A DNA stretch of 64,000 nt from an uncultured virus (IMG/VR IMGVR_UViG_3300021962_000072) (IMGVR_UViG_3300021962_000072:1-64000), one strand, 5' to 3'; numbered from the stretch's first letter, positions 9,706 through 19,893 are shown. Notes: generated by a model not told the origin, from the sequence alone. Translations and numbers: made by a program.

Positions 9706-9884
9706 GCGGACGTGGTGTTATAATGCAAGAGCCAGAACAGTTCTGTGAACTGTGTGGCAAGTTAGATGAATGTCGGCCATATGGTCCTAACGATGAACAA
9801 ATCTGTTTTGATTGTGCCATGAAGGATGACGAATCTAAAGCAATCGCAGAAAAGAAAATGGCAGCATATATTTTTGGAGAATAA
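9702..9884 (+). CDS. Small zinc-finger protein
   Basis: CELC...CFDC. Confidence 0.65.
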   Translation: MSGRGVIMQEPEQFCELCGKLDECRPYGPNDEQICFDCAMKDDESKAIAEKKMAAYIFGE

Positions 9885-9959
9885 GCGTCTATCGCCAAAT
9901 GGAAAGGCAGGGGCCTCTAAAACCTCTATGCGTGGGTTCGATTCCCACTGGACGCACCA
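9885..9959 (+). tRNA. tRNA with CTA anticodon (amber suppressor)
   Basis: Acceptor GCGTCTA/TGGACGC-A-CCA; D arm GCC/GGC; anticodon loop CT-CTA-AA (9915-9921); T arm GTGGG-TTCGATT-CCCAC. Confidence 0.85.
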
Positions 9960-9967
9960 AATACAGT

Positions 9968-9975
9968 TATAAATA
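9968..9975 (+). promoter_or_regulatory. T4-like late promoter motif TATAAATA
   Basis: Exact match to the T4 late consensus, directly 5' of the structured leader. Confidence 0.5.
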
Positions 9976-9979
9976 AAAT

Positions 9980-10074
9980 GCCGGACCTGTAACCATACTC
10001 CGGCTCCGCTGACGCGAAAACAGGATGGGCTGCGCTCACGGGGTTGATAGTTTCCCGACACAACAAAACTATCA
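9980..10074 (+). ncRNA. Structured RNA / 5' leader (three helices with loop-loop complementarity)
   Basis: GCCGGA/TCCGGC; CCGcTGACGC/GCGcTCACGG; TGATAGTTT/AAACTATCA; loop CCTGT and CCAT are complementary to loop ACAGG and ATGG. Confidence 0.6.
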
Positions 10075-10095
10075 CATAACTTAAAGGAAAATAAA

Positions 10096-10671
10096 ATGAA
10101 ATAGATTGAATATGCATGTAAGGACATAGTGTTCCATTTTAACAAAAAACACTTAGAAGATCAGACCATTCCCATGTGGGTCTTAAAATTCCATGGCGAA
10201 ACTCTTTATGTGAATCACGTCGATTGTTCTGTTCCTTGGAGTACCAAAGAAACACCAGATAACAATCATACTAAAGGTAGCATCAAAGTCAAAGATGTGC
10301 TGTTGCAGATCAGTGATACTAACGAAGCTACAATTTCAAATCTCACTCTAATAGACAAATACAGACTTCGTAATCAAAAGTTGGGTATCACACGAGTGAT
10401 GTTTAGACCGAGTACTAAGTTTCATAAGGCGCTACAGGCGAATGAATTTAAGCACAGTCCTTTTAAAACTATATACGGTCGTTGTAGTAGTCCGTTTATC
10501 ATTTGTGATCTATTAAACAAATCGGAAATTACTTTAGCTGCTCTCAAGTACACCAATGACTTTCGTATAGTACAACCTAACGAAACTTATTTCCAACAGT
10601 ATGATGAGATCAAAGGTGATAATATTCCAGTAGATTATGGACATCCTAGCACACCGTTTGAATATAGTTAA
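10096..10671 (+). CDS. Hypothetical protein with an in-frame TAG at codon 3 (ATG AAA TAG ATT GAA TAT GCA TGT AAG GAC ATA GTG TTC...)
   Basis: AAAGGA RBS 7 nt before ATG 10096; TAG at 10102-10104 is in frame with the 10129-10671 ORF; adjacent tRNA(CTA). Confidence 0.75.
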
Positions 10672-10737
10672 GGATAAAAAATAATCTCCGTCCGATTCTC
10701 TTGTGTAAATACAATCACTTGAAAAGAAAGGATAATA

Positions 10738-10971
10738 ATGTCAACAGCTAAAGAAATAACTGACCAGTTAATAGACAGAGCAAAAGCAGCTAAAAAATTC
10801 GATCTCAAATTACGAGTACACGAAAATTGGATGCCTTGCGGAGTAGTTCCATTTGATATACACATCAAAGATGGAATAGCCACTGTTTCTGTCATAGCTC
10901 AAAGTTTAGAAGAAGCTCAATTTCAAGTGTCATTATTCATGGAATCGGACGATTGGATCTCTGATAAGTAA
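10738..10971 (+). CDS. Hypothetical protein
   Basis: AAGGA RBS, 77 aa. Confidence 0.7.
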   Translation: MSTAKEITDQLIDRAKAAKKFDLKLRVHENWMPCGVVPFDIHIKDGIATVSVIAQSLEEAQFQVSLFMESDDWISDK

Positions 10972-10994
10972 TGTTAGCACATTAAGAGGATCCT

Positions 10995-11555
10995 GTGAAA
11001 AACTTCAATGAATTTAATGCGGGCGATCGCGTTGAGGTTAAACTTCTAGAAAATTCGGTACATTTTCTTGTTGGCGAAATTTCAGAAGATAATATCAGCG
11101 AGTGTATAAAATGGATAGTCTATGAAAATCTAGACACCAGCAAACAAAAGATCCTAACACTGTATATCAACTCAACTGGCGGCAATCTTTACGATGCATT
11201 TGCCCTCATCGATGTGATGAGATCTAGCACACATCAAATCCGAACGATTGGTATAGGAGCAGTAATGAGTGCAGCATTCCTTATATTTGCCGCTGGACAT
11301 CAGGGTGAACGATATGCTGCTCGTAACACCAGCTATATGTGTCATCAATTTACAGAAAGTATGCACGACAAATATCACGACCTCAAGGCCACTATGCGAG
11401 AGAACGATCTCTGCAATCAAAAAATGATCAACATATTACGGGATTCAACAGGCTTGACAGCAAGTAAAATCAAAGTTAAACTACTACCAGCGAGCGATGT
11501 ATACCTTAAGGCAGACGAACTCATCGAGCTAGGCGTAGCGGATCACATCCTGTAA
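10995..11555 (+). CDS. clpP: ClpP-like protease subunit
   Basis: [15 protein letters not shown] (catalytic Ser), MCHQ (His) and ELGVADHI motifs. Confidence 0.85.
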   Translation: MKNFNEFNAGDRVEVKLLENSVHFLVGEISEDNISECIKWIVYENLDTSKQKILTLYINSTGGNLYDAFALIDVMRSSTHQIRTIGIGAVMSAAFLIFAAGHQGERYAARNTSYMCHQFTESMHDKYHDLKATMRENDLCNQKMINILRDSTGLTASKIKVKLLPASDVYLKADELIELGVADHIL

Positions 11556-11560
11556 TAAAT

Positions 11561-11776
11561 ATGGCTAAAGAATCAGTTTTAAAAATCTCAGGCACCATCA
11601 CCGAAGTTTTACCTAACACTACATACAGAGTGAAGTTAGAAACTGGAACAGAAATATTCGCTTATACCAGCGGAAAAATGCGCCAACATAATATTAAGAT
11701 TTTGTTAGGCGATCAGGTATCACTGGAGCTCAGCCCTTATGACCTTACTAAAGGAAGAATTGTTTACAGAAAATGA
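11561..11776 (+). CDS. infA: Translation initiation factor IF-1
   Basis: MAKE...GTITEVLPN...SGKMR...[22 protein letters not shown]. Confidence 0.95.
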   Translation: MAKESVLKISGTITEVLPNTTYRVKLETGTEIFAYTSGKMRQHNIKILLGDQVSLELSPYDLTKGRIVYRK

Positions 11777-12407
11777 AATAATTGATCCTAACAAGGTCAT
11801 AGAATTTCTTGACGGACGATTGAAATCTGTTAAGTTTATGAGTTCAGAAGATCTTATACTCATACTAGCAGAAATGCTGCCCACCAAATCTGGAATTAAA
11901 GTTTCGTATAGACGATCAAAAGCATTAGTTGATTGTTTTGGAATCAATGGATATTTTGATTCAGAAGTTAAAAAAGATATCGAAATAGAAGTTTGCTGTT
12001 CTAGTTACAAAAAGAAAATCCCCATTAATGCAAAATTTAAAAAACTACTGATCCACGATGTAGCTGACACTCTCTGTCACGAGAGTATACATAGAAAGCA
12101 ATTTAAACTGCGCGGGAAAGATTCTTCTTATGATGGGTCTGGAGTTCCGGAAAGAGACTACTACCTAGATCCGGACGAAATGTTTGCGTATTCAGTAAAC
12201 ATAGCACATAATTTTTATAGGATGTACGGTAATCGTGCAGTAGATCAGCTGAACGATATAGATTCTGCTGTTAAGAAAGACTGCTATCTAGCTGACTATT
12301 ACTACTGGTTTTACAACGGACAGCCCTTTAGAAAGCTGCTCAAAATGATAACCCAAAACTTAGAAGCGATTTCTGAGGGGAAAGTCTGTCATCGTTCTTT
12401 GCTCTAG
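11739..12407 (+). CDS. Hypothetical protein with HExxH (putative metallopeptidase); start uncertain
   Basis: CHESIHRKQ and [11 protein letters not shown]; ends in TAG. Confidence 0.6.
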   Translation: MTLLKEELFTENEIIDPNKVIEFLDGRLKSVKFMSSEDLILILAEMLPTKSGIKVSYRRSKALVDCFGINGYFDSEVKKDIEIEVCCSSYKKKIPINAKFKKLLIHDVADTLCHESIHRKQFKLRGKDSSYDGSGVPERDYYLDPDEMFAYSVNIAHNFYRMYGNRAVDQLNDIDSAVKKDCYLADYYYWFYNGQPFRKLLKMITQNLEAISEGKVCHRSLL

Positions 12408-12446
12408 TCCAAGATAAATATACTATAATATTTTTGGATTGACAAA

Positions 12447-13346
12447 ATGCCTAACTTTCAAATAGCTCAATCGGGTGTAGAACCCGGAACATACGGTGGA
12501 CTTAACAAAGTACCCTGTATCAAAGTCGATAAAACGGGTAGAATCACCTTTGCTGATAACATCGATATTTCAACTATGTTATCTTCGGTAGAAGGCAGCT
12601 TAAATGTAAACGTAAACGGAAATGTCACAGGCGATGTTGTAGGTAGCGTAACAGGAAATGTTTTCACTAACACTATCAGTTCAAACGGAGATATATCAAT
12701 AACTGTAAATTCGGAACTAAGAGTTGTATCTGATGTTGTAACTGAAGGTAGATTTAGAGGAACAGTTTTAGGAGATGTATACGGTGACGTTACAGGATCA
12801 ACTTATGGACTGCATACTGGAGCATTGACTACTGACCTAGTCCATGTTACTCATCTAAATGATAGATCATTACCTCCGCAGATTAAGATCGAAACTGAAG
12901 AAGACAATCAGCGTTCACACGCTCTTATGATCAAAGGTGCGTTTCCAGGAAGAGATGCACAATCGTTTCTTGTTGGAAGATCTAGAGGCACTCTTGCAGA
13001 TCCTAAGCCACTAGAGAAAGACGACATCATTTATAGTTTTGAATACTTAGGTGCTGATGCAGATAGTAATCTCACAATGTCCGCTGCTCTATTTTTTGAA
13101 GTAGACGACGATGTGAAAAAAGGAGCAGTTCCTAGTAGATTAAGTGTTGTAACTTCTAGCCCAGACGACGGATGGAAATTAGCGTTAGGTCTCGACAAAC
13201 ATCAAGTATTACATTTAGCCAATAATCTAATACCTGCTGAAAGAGTAAATACTGAATCACCCGCATATCTTAAGATCAGTATTTGGACAGATGGAACACA
13301 TCCAGGTACAGAATTTGCTATACCAGTCTTTCCATTAAAATCATAA
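12447..13346 (+). CDS. Tail-fibre/virion-like protein
   Basis: GxVxGxV beta repeats and SRGTLADP motif typical of phage fibre proteins; TAAATA upstream. Confidence 0.55.
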   Translation: MPNFQIAQSGVEPGTYGGLNKVPCIKVDKTGRITFADNIDISTMLSSVEGSLNVNVNGNVTGDVVGSVTGNVFTNTISSNGDISITVNSELRVVSDVVTEGRFRGTVLGDVYGDVTGSTYGLHTGALTTDLVHVTHLNDRSLPPQIKIETEEDNQRSHALMIKGAFPGRDAQSFLVGRSRGTLADPKPLEKDDIIYSFEYLGADADSNLTMSAALFFEVDDDVKKGAVPSRLSVVTSSPDDGWKLALGLDKHQVLHLANNLIPAERVNTESPAYLKISIWTDGTHPGTEFAIPVFPLKS

Positions 13347-14228
13347 GATTTTATCAATAATCGTTTTAAACGATCTAGGTTTGAACTCTGGATAATAGGA
13401 TTTAAGTTTTTCTATATCCGGAGTTCTTCTCGATGTGCTACCAGGAAGGCTGTCTTTAGTAATCCAATTGATATTTTTAATTCCTAATCTTTGTGCGATC
13501 AAGTTTGCAGCATCGACTATTTTTATTTCTTCATCAGACCCGATATTAACAACTTGCCCAGATACATTAGAAATTTTAATCATTGCGTCTACAGCATCTT
13601 CAACATAACAAAAACTTCTTGTTTCAGTTGAACCTATCAACTCGTAATTTTCATTTTTAATTTTTTCAACTATATCTTTGAAAAAATGTCCCTGGCCGCT
13701 GTGTTCGCTGTAGACATTAAAAAATCTAATAATTAAAAAATCAATAGGACTATTGAATAGATAGTTTTCTGCAAGCATCTTGGGCAGCATGTAACTCCAT
13801 CTGGGATTGTGTAGATTGCCTATAGTAATATCAACAATTTCAGGAGTGGGGAAAATATATGAGCCTGATACAACTTCGCTACTACTTGCATAGATTAATT
13901 TACACTTAGGATTAGATTCTGCAAATTTAAAAATAGATAAGTCTAGTGTTACATTGTTACGCAACACATCATTGGGTTGACTATAAAAATATTTGGTACC
14001 ATTAGTTGCTGCTAAATGATATATTATATCAAATGTATTCCTAGTTTGTTCTAAGTATTCCGACAAATTAGATCTGACATAGATACAGTTTTTAGGAGTG
14101 TAATCTCTAAAACGTTGATTGTTATCCACAGCCGTAACATCGTGATGCAAGCTGAGTTGATTGCACAATTCTCGACCAATTAGTCCACACGCACCTGTGA
14201 TTAGGATTTTCTTACGGTTACTGGCCAT
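13341..14228 (-). CDS. NAD-dependent epimerase/dehydratase
   Basis: TGACGLIG, SSSEV, YMLPK (YxxxK) and RFFNVY. Confidence 0.9.
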   Translation of the reverse strand: MASNRKKILITGACGLIGRELCNQLSLHHDVTAVDNNQRFRDYTPKNCIYVRSNLSEYLEQTRNTFDIIYHLAATNGTKYFYSQPNDVLRNNVTLDLSIFKFAESNPKCKLIYASSSEVVSGSYIFPTPEIVDITIGNLHNPRWSYMLPKMLAENYLFNSPIDFLIIRFFNVYSEHSGQGHFFKDIVEKIKNENYELIGSTETRSFCYVEDAVDAMIKISNVSGQVVNIGSDEEIKIVDAANLIAQRLGIKNINWITKDSLPGSTSRRTPDIEKLKSYYPEFKPRSFKTIIDKIL

Positions 14229-14941
14229 AGTTGGTTGTCTTCTTTCATTGCTGTAAAATAAGTCTGCGGAATACCTAGCTGCTTAAAAGTATTGATCAAA
14301 AAATCTAAATCTTTTGGTAAGCACTTGCCTCCGAATGCTCGCATGTTCTCATTTACTTCTAAATAGTTTTGATCGTGATTAACCTGAAGGTATGCATTTA
14401 GTACGTTATCGTAATTTGCACCGGCTGCCTTGCTTAGTTCATACATGTGATTTGCAAATACAACTCTTGCCGCAGCCATGTTGTTGCTCAACATCTTAAT
14501 AACTTCTGCTTCTTCTAATGTACAAAATATACATTCCTCTCCCTGTAACCAAATAGGAACTGCCTGGCTATCGCTACCTACAATTATAGGGCGATCGAAA
14601 CAATCTTCTTCCCACATACGTTCACGCAGGAATTCTGGCATATAGTAAATTTTATCATTGATTATTTTTTCAATAGATTTACACGTACCTACAGGAACAG
14701 TACTTCTAATAATAATAACGCAACTAGGATTAACTGCCTTAAGGCGTTTGATTTCGTCAACTAGTATTTGTATGCTCGCGTCAGTGTCAGTTGGAATACA
14801 AAAGAACACATAGTTACACACATACAAGTCTTCAATAGTTGTGCCTGTTAATAAATCGTGTATTACTACAGGACTATTTTTAAGTAAACCTTTGTGTGTG
14901 GCCTTTCCCACAATGCCGTAACCTGCAATTCCCAATTTCAT
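14201..14941 (-). CDS. UDP-glucose/GDP-mannose 6-dehydrogenase family (short form)
   Basis: GYGIVG, RSTVPVG, PEFLRE and FGGKCLPKD. Confidence 0.9.
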   Translation of the reverse strand: MKLGIAGYGIVGKATHKGLLKNSPVVIHDLLTGTTIEDLYVCNYVFFCIPTDTDASIQILVDEIKRLKAVNPSCVIIIRSTVPVGTCKSIEKIINDKIYYMPEFLRERMWEEDCFDRPIIVGSDSQAVPIWLQGEECIFCTLEEAEVIKMLSNNMAAARVVFANHMYELSKAAGANYDNVLNAYLQVNHDQNYLEVNENMRAFGGKCLPKDLDFLINTFKQLGIPQTYFTAMKEDNQLWPVTVRKS

Positions 14942-15423
14942 TTGAATGAACTCACTTGACAAGAATAAAAAGGAACATTGCTGGCATTAACACCGTAGTG
15001 TGTTTCCTCGCTATCAAAGATCCAAACATCACCGGCTTTCCAATTTGTTATATTAATTTTTTCAAATCCCACATAATGCCCAAATGTCCAATCTTCTAAA
15101 AAGATTAGATATCTAAAACATCTGTCTATGTTTACACTATGTTGTTCTCGTAGGGTATAGAATGTGTCTGAATGCGTAGGCAATATTAAATTTGGAAGTA
15201 TGCAAGTCCAACTAACAGAACCTTCTACAACATCCAACACTTTTTTAAATTCTTCAGCATTGACTAATTCGTCATTGAAGCTCTGCAATAGATAACCAGA
15301 ATTATAAAACTTCCTATCCAAATGATCAAAATTCTTAGCAACAAACGGAACTTGCCTTGCAAACTCGTGGGTTTTTAAATCACCATCCCAAAAGTTTGTT
15401 ATGTTCCTTACATATTCAATCAT
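14938..15423 (-). CDS. 2OG-Fe(II) oxygenase/cupin-like protein
   Basis: HSD...H facial triad pattern, WKAGDV. Confidence 0.7.
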   Translation of the reverse strand: MIEYVRNITNFWDGDLKTHEFARQVPFVAKNFDHLDRKFYNSGYLLQSFNDELVNAEEFKKVLDVVEGSVSWTCILPNLILPTHSDTFYTLREQHSVNIDRCFRYLIFLEDWTFGHYVGFEKINITNWKAGDVWIFDSEETHYGVNASNVPFYSCQVSSFK

Positions 15424-15658
15424 TTTTCTTTCTGGCCTTTTCTATTAAATCCTGATATTCTGTATTTGGATGATCTGTTAGATGAGAATGATAAATGTCG
15501 ATCACTGTCCTAGGTGCTGTGCTATTGAACAACGAAGGAAATACTCCGTGGATAATACTAGCTATGCCCGCATAGATTAATCTTATTCCAGAAATAAACG
15601 CCCAGGATAGATGCTCTAGGTATGTAACTTTGCTTTTATTGAGATGTTCATCAAACAT
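15416..15658 (-). CDS. DUF6356-like small protein
   Basis: HL...VTYLEHL..A...G..L..AG.A..IHG.FP.LF pattern. Confidence 0.55.
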   Translation of the reverse strand: MFDEHLNKSKVTYLEHLSWAFISGIRLIYAGIASIIHGVFPSLFNSTAPRTVIDIYHSHLTDHPNTEYQDLIEKARKKND

Positions 15659-17093
15659 AATTTCTAAAGTATTCTCTTAACAATTCGTTATCTATCTTAA
15701 TACCTGTTAAGAATTTATGTTTATTTAATACTGAGGTCTTTACTATCTCTATCCGTTTGAAATTGTTTTTAAAAAAGTTAGTATACTCGTTTAGTATGTA
15801 GGAATCTTTATCGTCCCAAAATGCTAGGTATAGACAATTTTTTACAGTGTCTGTGACTAGGTATGAGTTAGTATTTTTATCGTTAAAATCATTAACAATT
15901 TTTATGTCTAATACTTCGCCATTAATTTTAACTAGATCACTTCTGCCCTTATGTTTGTAAAACACTCCCTGTTGCTCAAAAAGATCGTTGGTTATTATTT
16001 CTGTATCATATACTGGCAAGGTAACTCCTAGCAGCCCGCCTTGATAAATTTTAATTTTATAAAAATCATCTACGTGATCAAATATCGCAGAATCCTGATA
16101 TACATTTGATTTATCAATGACTACTGTAAAAATTGGTCCACTAGTTTCATTAGAACCAAATATGCTAGTAATGGATCTAAATACTCCCTGTGCGATGGCC
16201 TGTTTTGATTTATCTTGTATGTATGATAAAGTTTGTACATTTAAATTAGGCCATTGGATGTTATTTTTTATGCTAACATCTATGAACCTATCTATCATAA
16301 ACGGATAAGGGAATATAACAAACTCTAGATCATTTTTAAATTCGTAGATATCGTTTATAAAATCTTCCATTGGAAGCAGTTCATCTAGATCGTAGAATAG
16401 GTGTTCAGTTACCTTGTCGCTAATTAATGTTGGTAAAAGATACACAGCTAAACTACTTCCGTGATTTAGATTTCTTACGTGTAAACATTTTCCAGAAAAC
16501 TTTTTTGAATTTCTCATAGAAACTTTATACAAGAATTCGTGTGTATGTTCTACTATTTTAGGTGTTCCTGTAGTACCGCTGCTAGTGCATCGCATTACTA
16601 CGTCGGATGGGTTAGGGAAAATATTCTTAGAAACTTCAAACTGTTTATCATCAACAGTAAAATCTATCTCTTTTATACTGTAGGTTCTATTTGAGCAATT
16701 TGAAAAAAATATAAATTTAGAAAATGCTTTTGGCTTTTCTTCGATTTCTTTTTTTGAAAAGTCGTGCAAAAATATATCTATAGGTGATAATATTTTTGTC
16801 TTTGGATCGTAATATGTAACGTCTGAAAAATCATCATTTCTAGTGTAGTCTACTATCACTATCTTTAAAGACAATTCTGCCGCAGCGAAACACACTGCAA
16901 GATAATCAATATTGAGTGTCTGCATTCCTATGAGAATAGATTCACCAGACTGTGCATCACATTTATATTTCAATACATATTTCCAAAGATCGATTTTAGA
17001 AACTAAATCTTTTTTATCGTACTGGTGCCCCTTATGTAAAGGTAATCCTATAAAATTATCACTGATCATGTATCTAGAGATAGTATTCTGCAT
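15651..17093 (-). CDS. AMP-binding (acyl-adenylate-forming) enzyme
   Basis: TSSGTTGTPK, FGSNETSG, TNDLF and GRSDLVKING motifs. Confidence 0.8.
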   Translation of the reverse strand: MQNTISRYMISDNFIGLPLHKGHQYDKKDLVSKIDLWKYVLKYKCDAQSGESILIGMQTLNIDYLAVCFAAAELSLKIVIVDYTRNDDFSDVTYYDPKTKILSPIDIFLHDFSKKEIEEKPKAFSKFIFFSNCSNRTYSIKEIDFTVDDKQFEVSKNIFPNPSDVVMRCTSSGTTGTPKIVEHTHEFLYKVSMRNSKKFSGKCLHVRNLNHGSSLAVYLLPTLISDKVTEHLFYDLDELLPMEDFINDIYEFKNDLEFVIFPYPFMIDRFIDVSIKNNIQWPNLNVQTLSYIQDKSKQAIAQGVFRSITSIFGSNETSGPIFTVVIDKSNVYQDSAIFDHVDDFYKIKIYQGGLLGVTLPVYDTEIITNDLFEQQGVFYKHKGRSDLVKINGEVLDIKIVNDFNDKNTNSYLVTDTVKNCLYLAFWDDKDSYILNEYTNFFKNNFKRIEIVKTSVLNKHKFLTGIKIDNELLREYFRNYV

Positions 17094-18148
17094 TAAAAAT
17101 AATCCTCGAGATTTCCTTGTCTTGCTAGATCTAATGTAGCACAATGATACCCCCCACTAAGAGTTTGTGCGTGTCTCATTCGTGTTGGTATGACCGTGAA
17201 CTTGTGCTGCTCTAATACTTTTATTAAATTAGTTTGATCTTTTCCTACTATTACAGTGTCCTGATCGATACTTAGAATGTTCATTCCGATGTAAGGACTA
17301 CACGGACTAATACTGCCCGGACCCGATTGTGTAACAGGATTGACATTAACATCTTTAAAATAAATCTTATCCCACTTCTCAAATAATTTAGGACAGTTCT
17401 CCGGTGTTACTCTTGTACTGTTTAACAACACCAAACCAGGACGAAGAGGAATGATAGTGCTGTCAAAGTGTGCGAAACTGTAGATATGTTCCGCTGCGTG
17501 TAATCTATAACCCCTAGGCTCTAGCGTATTTTTTAACCATTGGAATCCTAACCAATTACCTGTATTAGATATCTGAAACAAAATATCTCGTCCTAATCTT
17601 ATACAATTAGGAGCATCAAATATAGGTTCTAGGTTATTGAGACTGGGCTTACTCAACTCTTTAAACTGATATGACTCGTCTAATAATCTAGGTTTCGGAG
17701 CAGCGATCCATTCAGTTCCGTCTTTAACTGCATCTATCATTATGTTGTGATATGCTCTAGTTTCAAATAGTCTGCTGCGACAAGGACTAGGAGTTTCAAT
17801 CATTAGATTGTTTAATGGTAATAACAGATCTCTAGGACACCAGGTATACCAACCAGTAGTAGTCCAGTCTGGTGTAGAAAATATTTTAGAATGATCTATT
17901 AGTTCTGGTCTATGTACCTTGACCCCTGCTTGTTCTAGTACCGAAGATAACTCGTCGGCATCTTCGTTGGCTTCATCAATTAACCATTGCGGATACTCTC
18001 CTTCTAAAGGCTTGACTTTTTCAATGGCATAGTTAGTATAACTCATGCTCATAGTGCTAAGGTCAACTGTGGGGACTCGAGCTTTATCTGCTCGACCTAC
18101 TACTATTTCTTTTAAAGGATCCCAGTCGTTATTTGATTGTATTTTCAT
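17093..18148 (-). CDS. Amidinotransferase (glycine/inosamine-phosphate amidinotransferase family)
   Basis: WDPLKEIVVG, CPRD, FDA, HFDST and GGYHCATLD catalytic motifs. Confidence 0.9.
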   Translation of the reverse strand: MKIQSNNDWDPLKEIVVGRADKARVPTVDLSTMSMSYTNYAIEKVKPLEGEYPQWLIDEANEDADELSSVLEQAGVKVHRPELIDHSKIFSTPDWTTTGWYTWCPRDLLLPLNNLMIETPSPCRSRLFETRAYHNIMIDAVKDGTEWIAAPKPRLLDESYQFKELSKPSLNNLEPIFDAPNCIRLGRDILFQISNTGNWLGFQWLKNTLEPRGYRLHAAEHIYSFAHFDSTIIPLRPGLVLLNSTRVTPENCPKLFEKWDKIYFKDVNVNPVTQSGPGSISPCSPYIGMNILSIDQDTVIVGKDQTNLIKVLEQHKFTVIPTRMRHAQTLSGGYHCATLDLARQGNLEDYF

Positions 18149-18800
18149 CTTGTTTAAATTTGGTTTTGTCTATTCTCAACATCATAAAAATCCAGTCGCT
18201 GTCGGAGAGATTAGATGACGAATGTTCTATCTGCGGAATAAATGTAAAAAATTCTCTATCTTTAAAATTAAATTCCTCACCAGTGCTCATGTGTAGAGTA
18301 ACTTTTTCCGGATTACTTTTCGATATAGAAAAAGTTAACAACATAGAATAAAGGCTCGAAGAATCAGTATGTTTGACTATCAGAAATTTAGGGCTGACAA
18401 AATGTACACTTGCATGTATTAATCCAGAAAGAGTTTCTATATGTTTAATCGTGTTCTTAAAGTGTTCTACAACTCTAGGATTATTTGTTTGCTTGTTCCA
18501 TTCATTATCTAGAAAAGTTACACATAACCAAGTTCCTAGATCATGCTTCGGGTCATTGTTAATAACTTCTTGCAATGATCTACTATCTTCGTAACTTTGC
18601 ATTCCTTCTTCAACATTGCTTTTCAGTACCATCCAAGAAGGACCGTCATTAGTTTCGTCATCCTTTGGTTGGGTCAGTAGGAAATCCTTTAACTCTTTCC
18701 AGTCTATTTTAGAAACTTCGTCGGCACATATCTGTTTCAGTTCTAGTACCTTATTAAAATCTACATATTGACTAGATAAGATTTCTGCACTGTTATACAT
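18129..18800 (-). CDS. Asp/Asn beta-hydroxylase-like 2OG-Fe(II) oxygenase
   Basis: HTD...EHSSSN pattern. Confidence 0.6.
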   Translation of the reverse strand: MYNSAEILSSQYVDFNKVLELKQICADEVSKIDWKELKDFLLTQPKDDETNDGPSWMVLKSNVEEGMQSYEDSRSLQEVINNDPKHDLGTWLCVTFLDNEWNKQTNNPRVVEHFKNTIKHIETLSGLIHASVHFVSPKFLIVKHTDSSSLYSMLLTFSISKSNPEKVTLHMSTGEEFNFKDREFFTFIPQIEHSSSNLSDSDWIFMMLRIDKTKFKQDENTIK

Positions 18801-19893
18801 TGTTATATGCCCTTATCAAATGTGAGAACCCTGTCTGATTAAACCACTTGTCTATTTCGTGTTGTTCTATGTTGAATTTATCTTTTATGTATAGCAGCTT
18901 GTCTGCATTACTTTTTGCCAGTTTAAAAAAATGATCGTAGTTATAGTTGATATCATTTTCTATATCATCTTCGAATCTTTGATAATTTTCTAAAAAATAC
19001 TTTGTGTTTTTTACTATGGCTTCTAATCTCTCATCTTCGTCGGCTAGGTATGCATAATCTTTTATTAGCATATATTCTTCAAAAGTTTTAAATCCTAATT
19101 CTTTAATGTATCTAAACATCTCCGGAGTAGAAGCATGTAAAAATGGATGGCGTTGAACAAATACTCTATAGGTCTTTTCTGTAAGATATCTAGAAGTTAA
19201 GTCACTGCTGCTCACACCTTCTGAAATTATGCTTAATACGGTGTTCTTATAAACTGTTGGTTCGATCCATCCTATATTCTTTGTCCACTCGTTCTGGGAA
19301 GGACTAGTTCCGTAATGCTTAGATGAGGAATAAACATCGTCTATGGACTGCTCGATTATCTCATCATATCCATCTACATTATTTTTACACCATTGTTCTT
19401 GTTCTTCAGTCCAGGGTTTAAAAAATGTATACACTGAATCTTTTAATAAATCGCTTTTTCTAAATTTATTCAAGAGACCTGCTCTGTTGGGCCTGTTAGG
19501 AACTCCTCCTAGAAATAAAAATTTATTAGAATTTTTATTCCAGGTATATGTTTCTTTATTTTTATATCCCATAAAAACAGTGTGCATCATAAAATCAAAA
19601 TGAATTATATTCTTGTATTGATGTTGGTCGTTAACTATGCCTGCAACTACATGCAGATCGATGCTGTTGTCTATTAGATCTATGTTACAGTTGTTATTAA
19701 AAAGAAATCCATCTAATAACAACAACCCTAAAATATGTTTGCTATCACCTATCTCTTGCTTTAATAAATCTTCAACGGTGTCTTGTGAAACAGCAAATGT
19801 TTCTAAATTAACAATCTTATACATAGTGCTTGTATAATCCCAGACGATTCGTTGGACCGCCCCTGTTGTATTCTGGATAACGATTGTATTCAT
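18793..19893 (-). CDS. Hypothetical protein, possibly glycosyltransferase-like
   Basis: IISE...YLTEKTYR...HPF...LGFKTF, reminiscent of the GT10-type C-terminal motif. Confidence 0.5.
   Translation of the reverse strand: MNTIVIQNTTGAVQRIVWDYTSTMYKIVNLETFAVSQDTVEDLLKQEIGDSKHILGLLLLDGFLFNNNCNIDLIDNSIDLHVVAGIVNDQHQYKNIIHFDFMMHTVFMGYKNKETYTWNKNSNKFLFLGGVPNRPNRAGLLNKFRKSDLLKDSVYTFFKPWTEEQEQWCKNNVDGYDEIIEQSIDDVYSSSKHYGTSPSQNEWTKNIGWIEPTVYKNTVLSIISEGVSSSDLTSRYLTEKTYRVFVQRHPFLHASTPEMFRYIKELGFKTFEEYMLIKDYAYLADEDERLEAIVKNTKYFLENYQRFEDDIENDINYNYDHFFKLAKSNADKLLYIKDKFNIEQHEIDKWFNQTGFSHLIRAYNNV

Noticed and set aside
9885..9959. Pyrrolysine tRNA
   Set aside because: It has a canonical D-loop GG, TTCG T-loop, 5-nt variable loop and normal anticodon arm length, unlike tRNA-Pyl; no pylS/B/C/D in the window.
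9986..10024. Hammerhead ribozyme (CTGACGC...GAAA)
   Set aside because: The core deviates from CUGANGA, stem II is absent and the stem III register does not fit.
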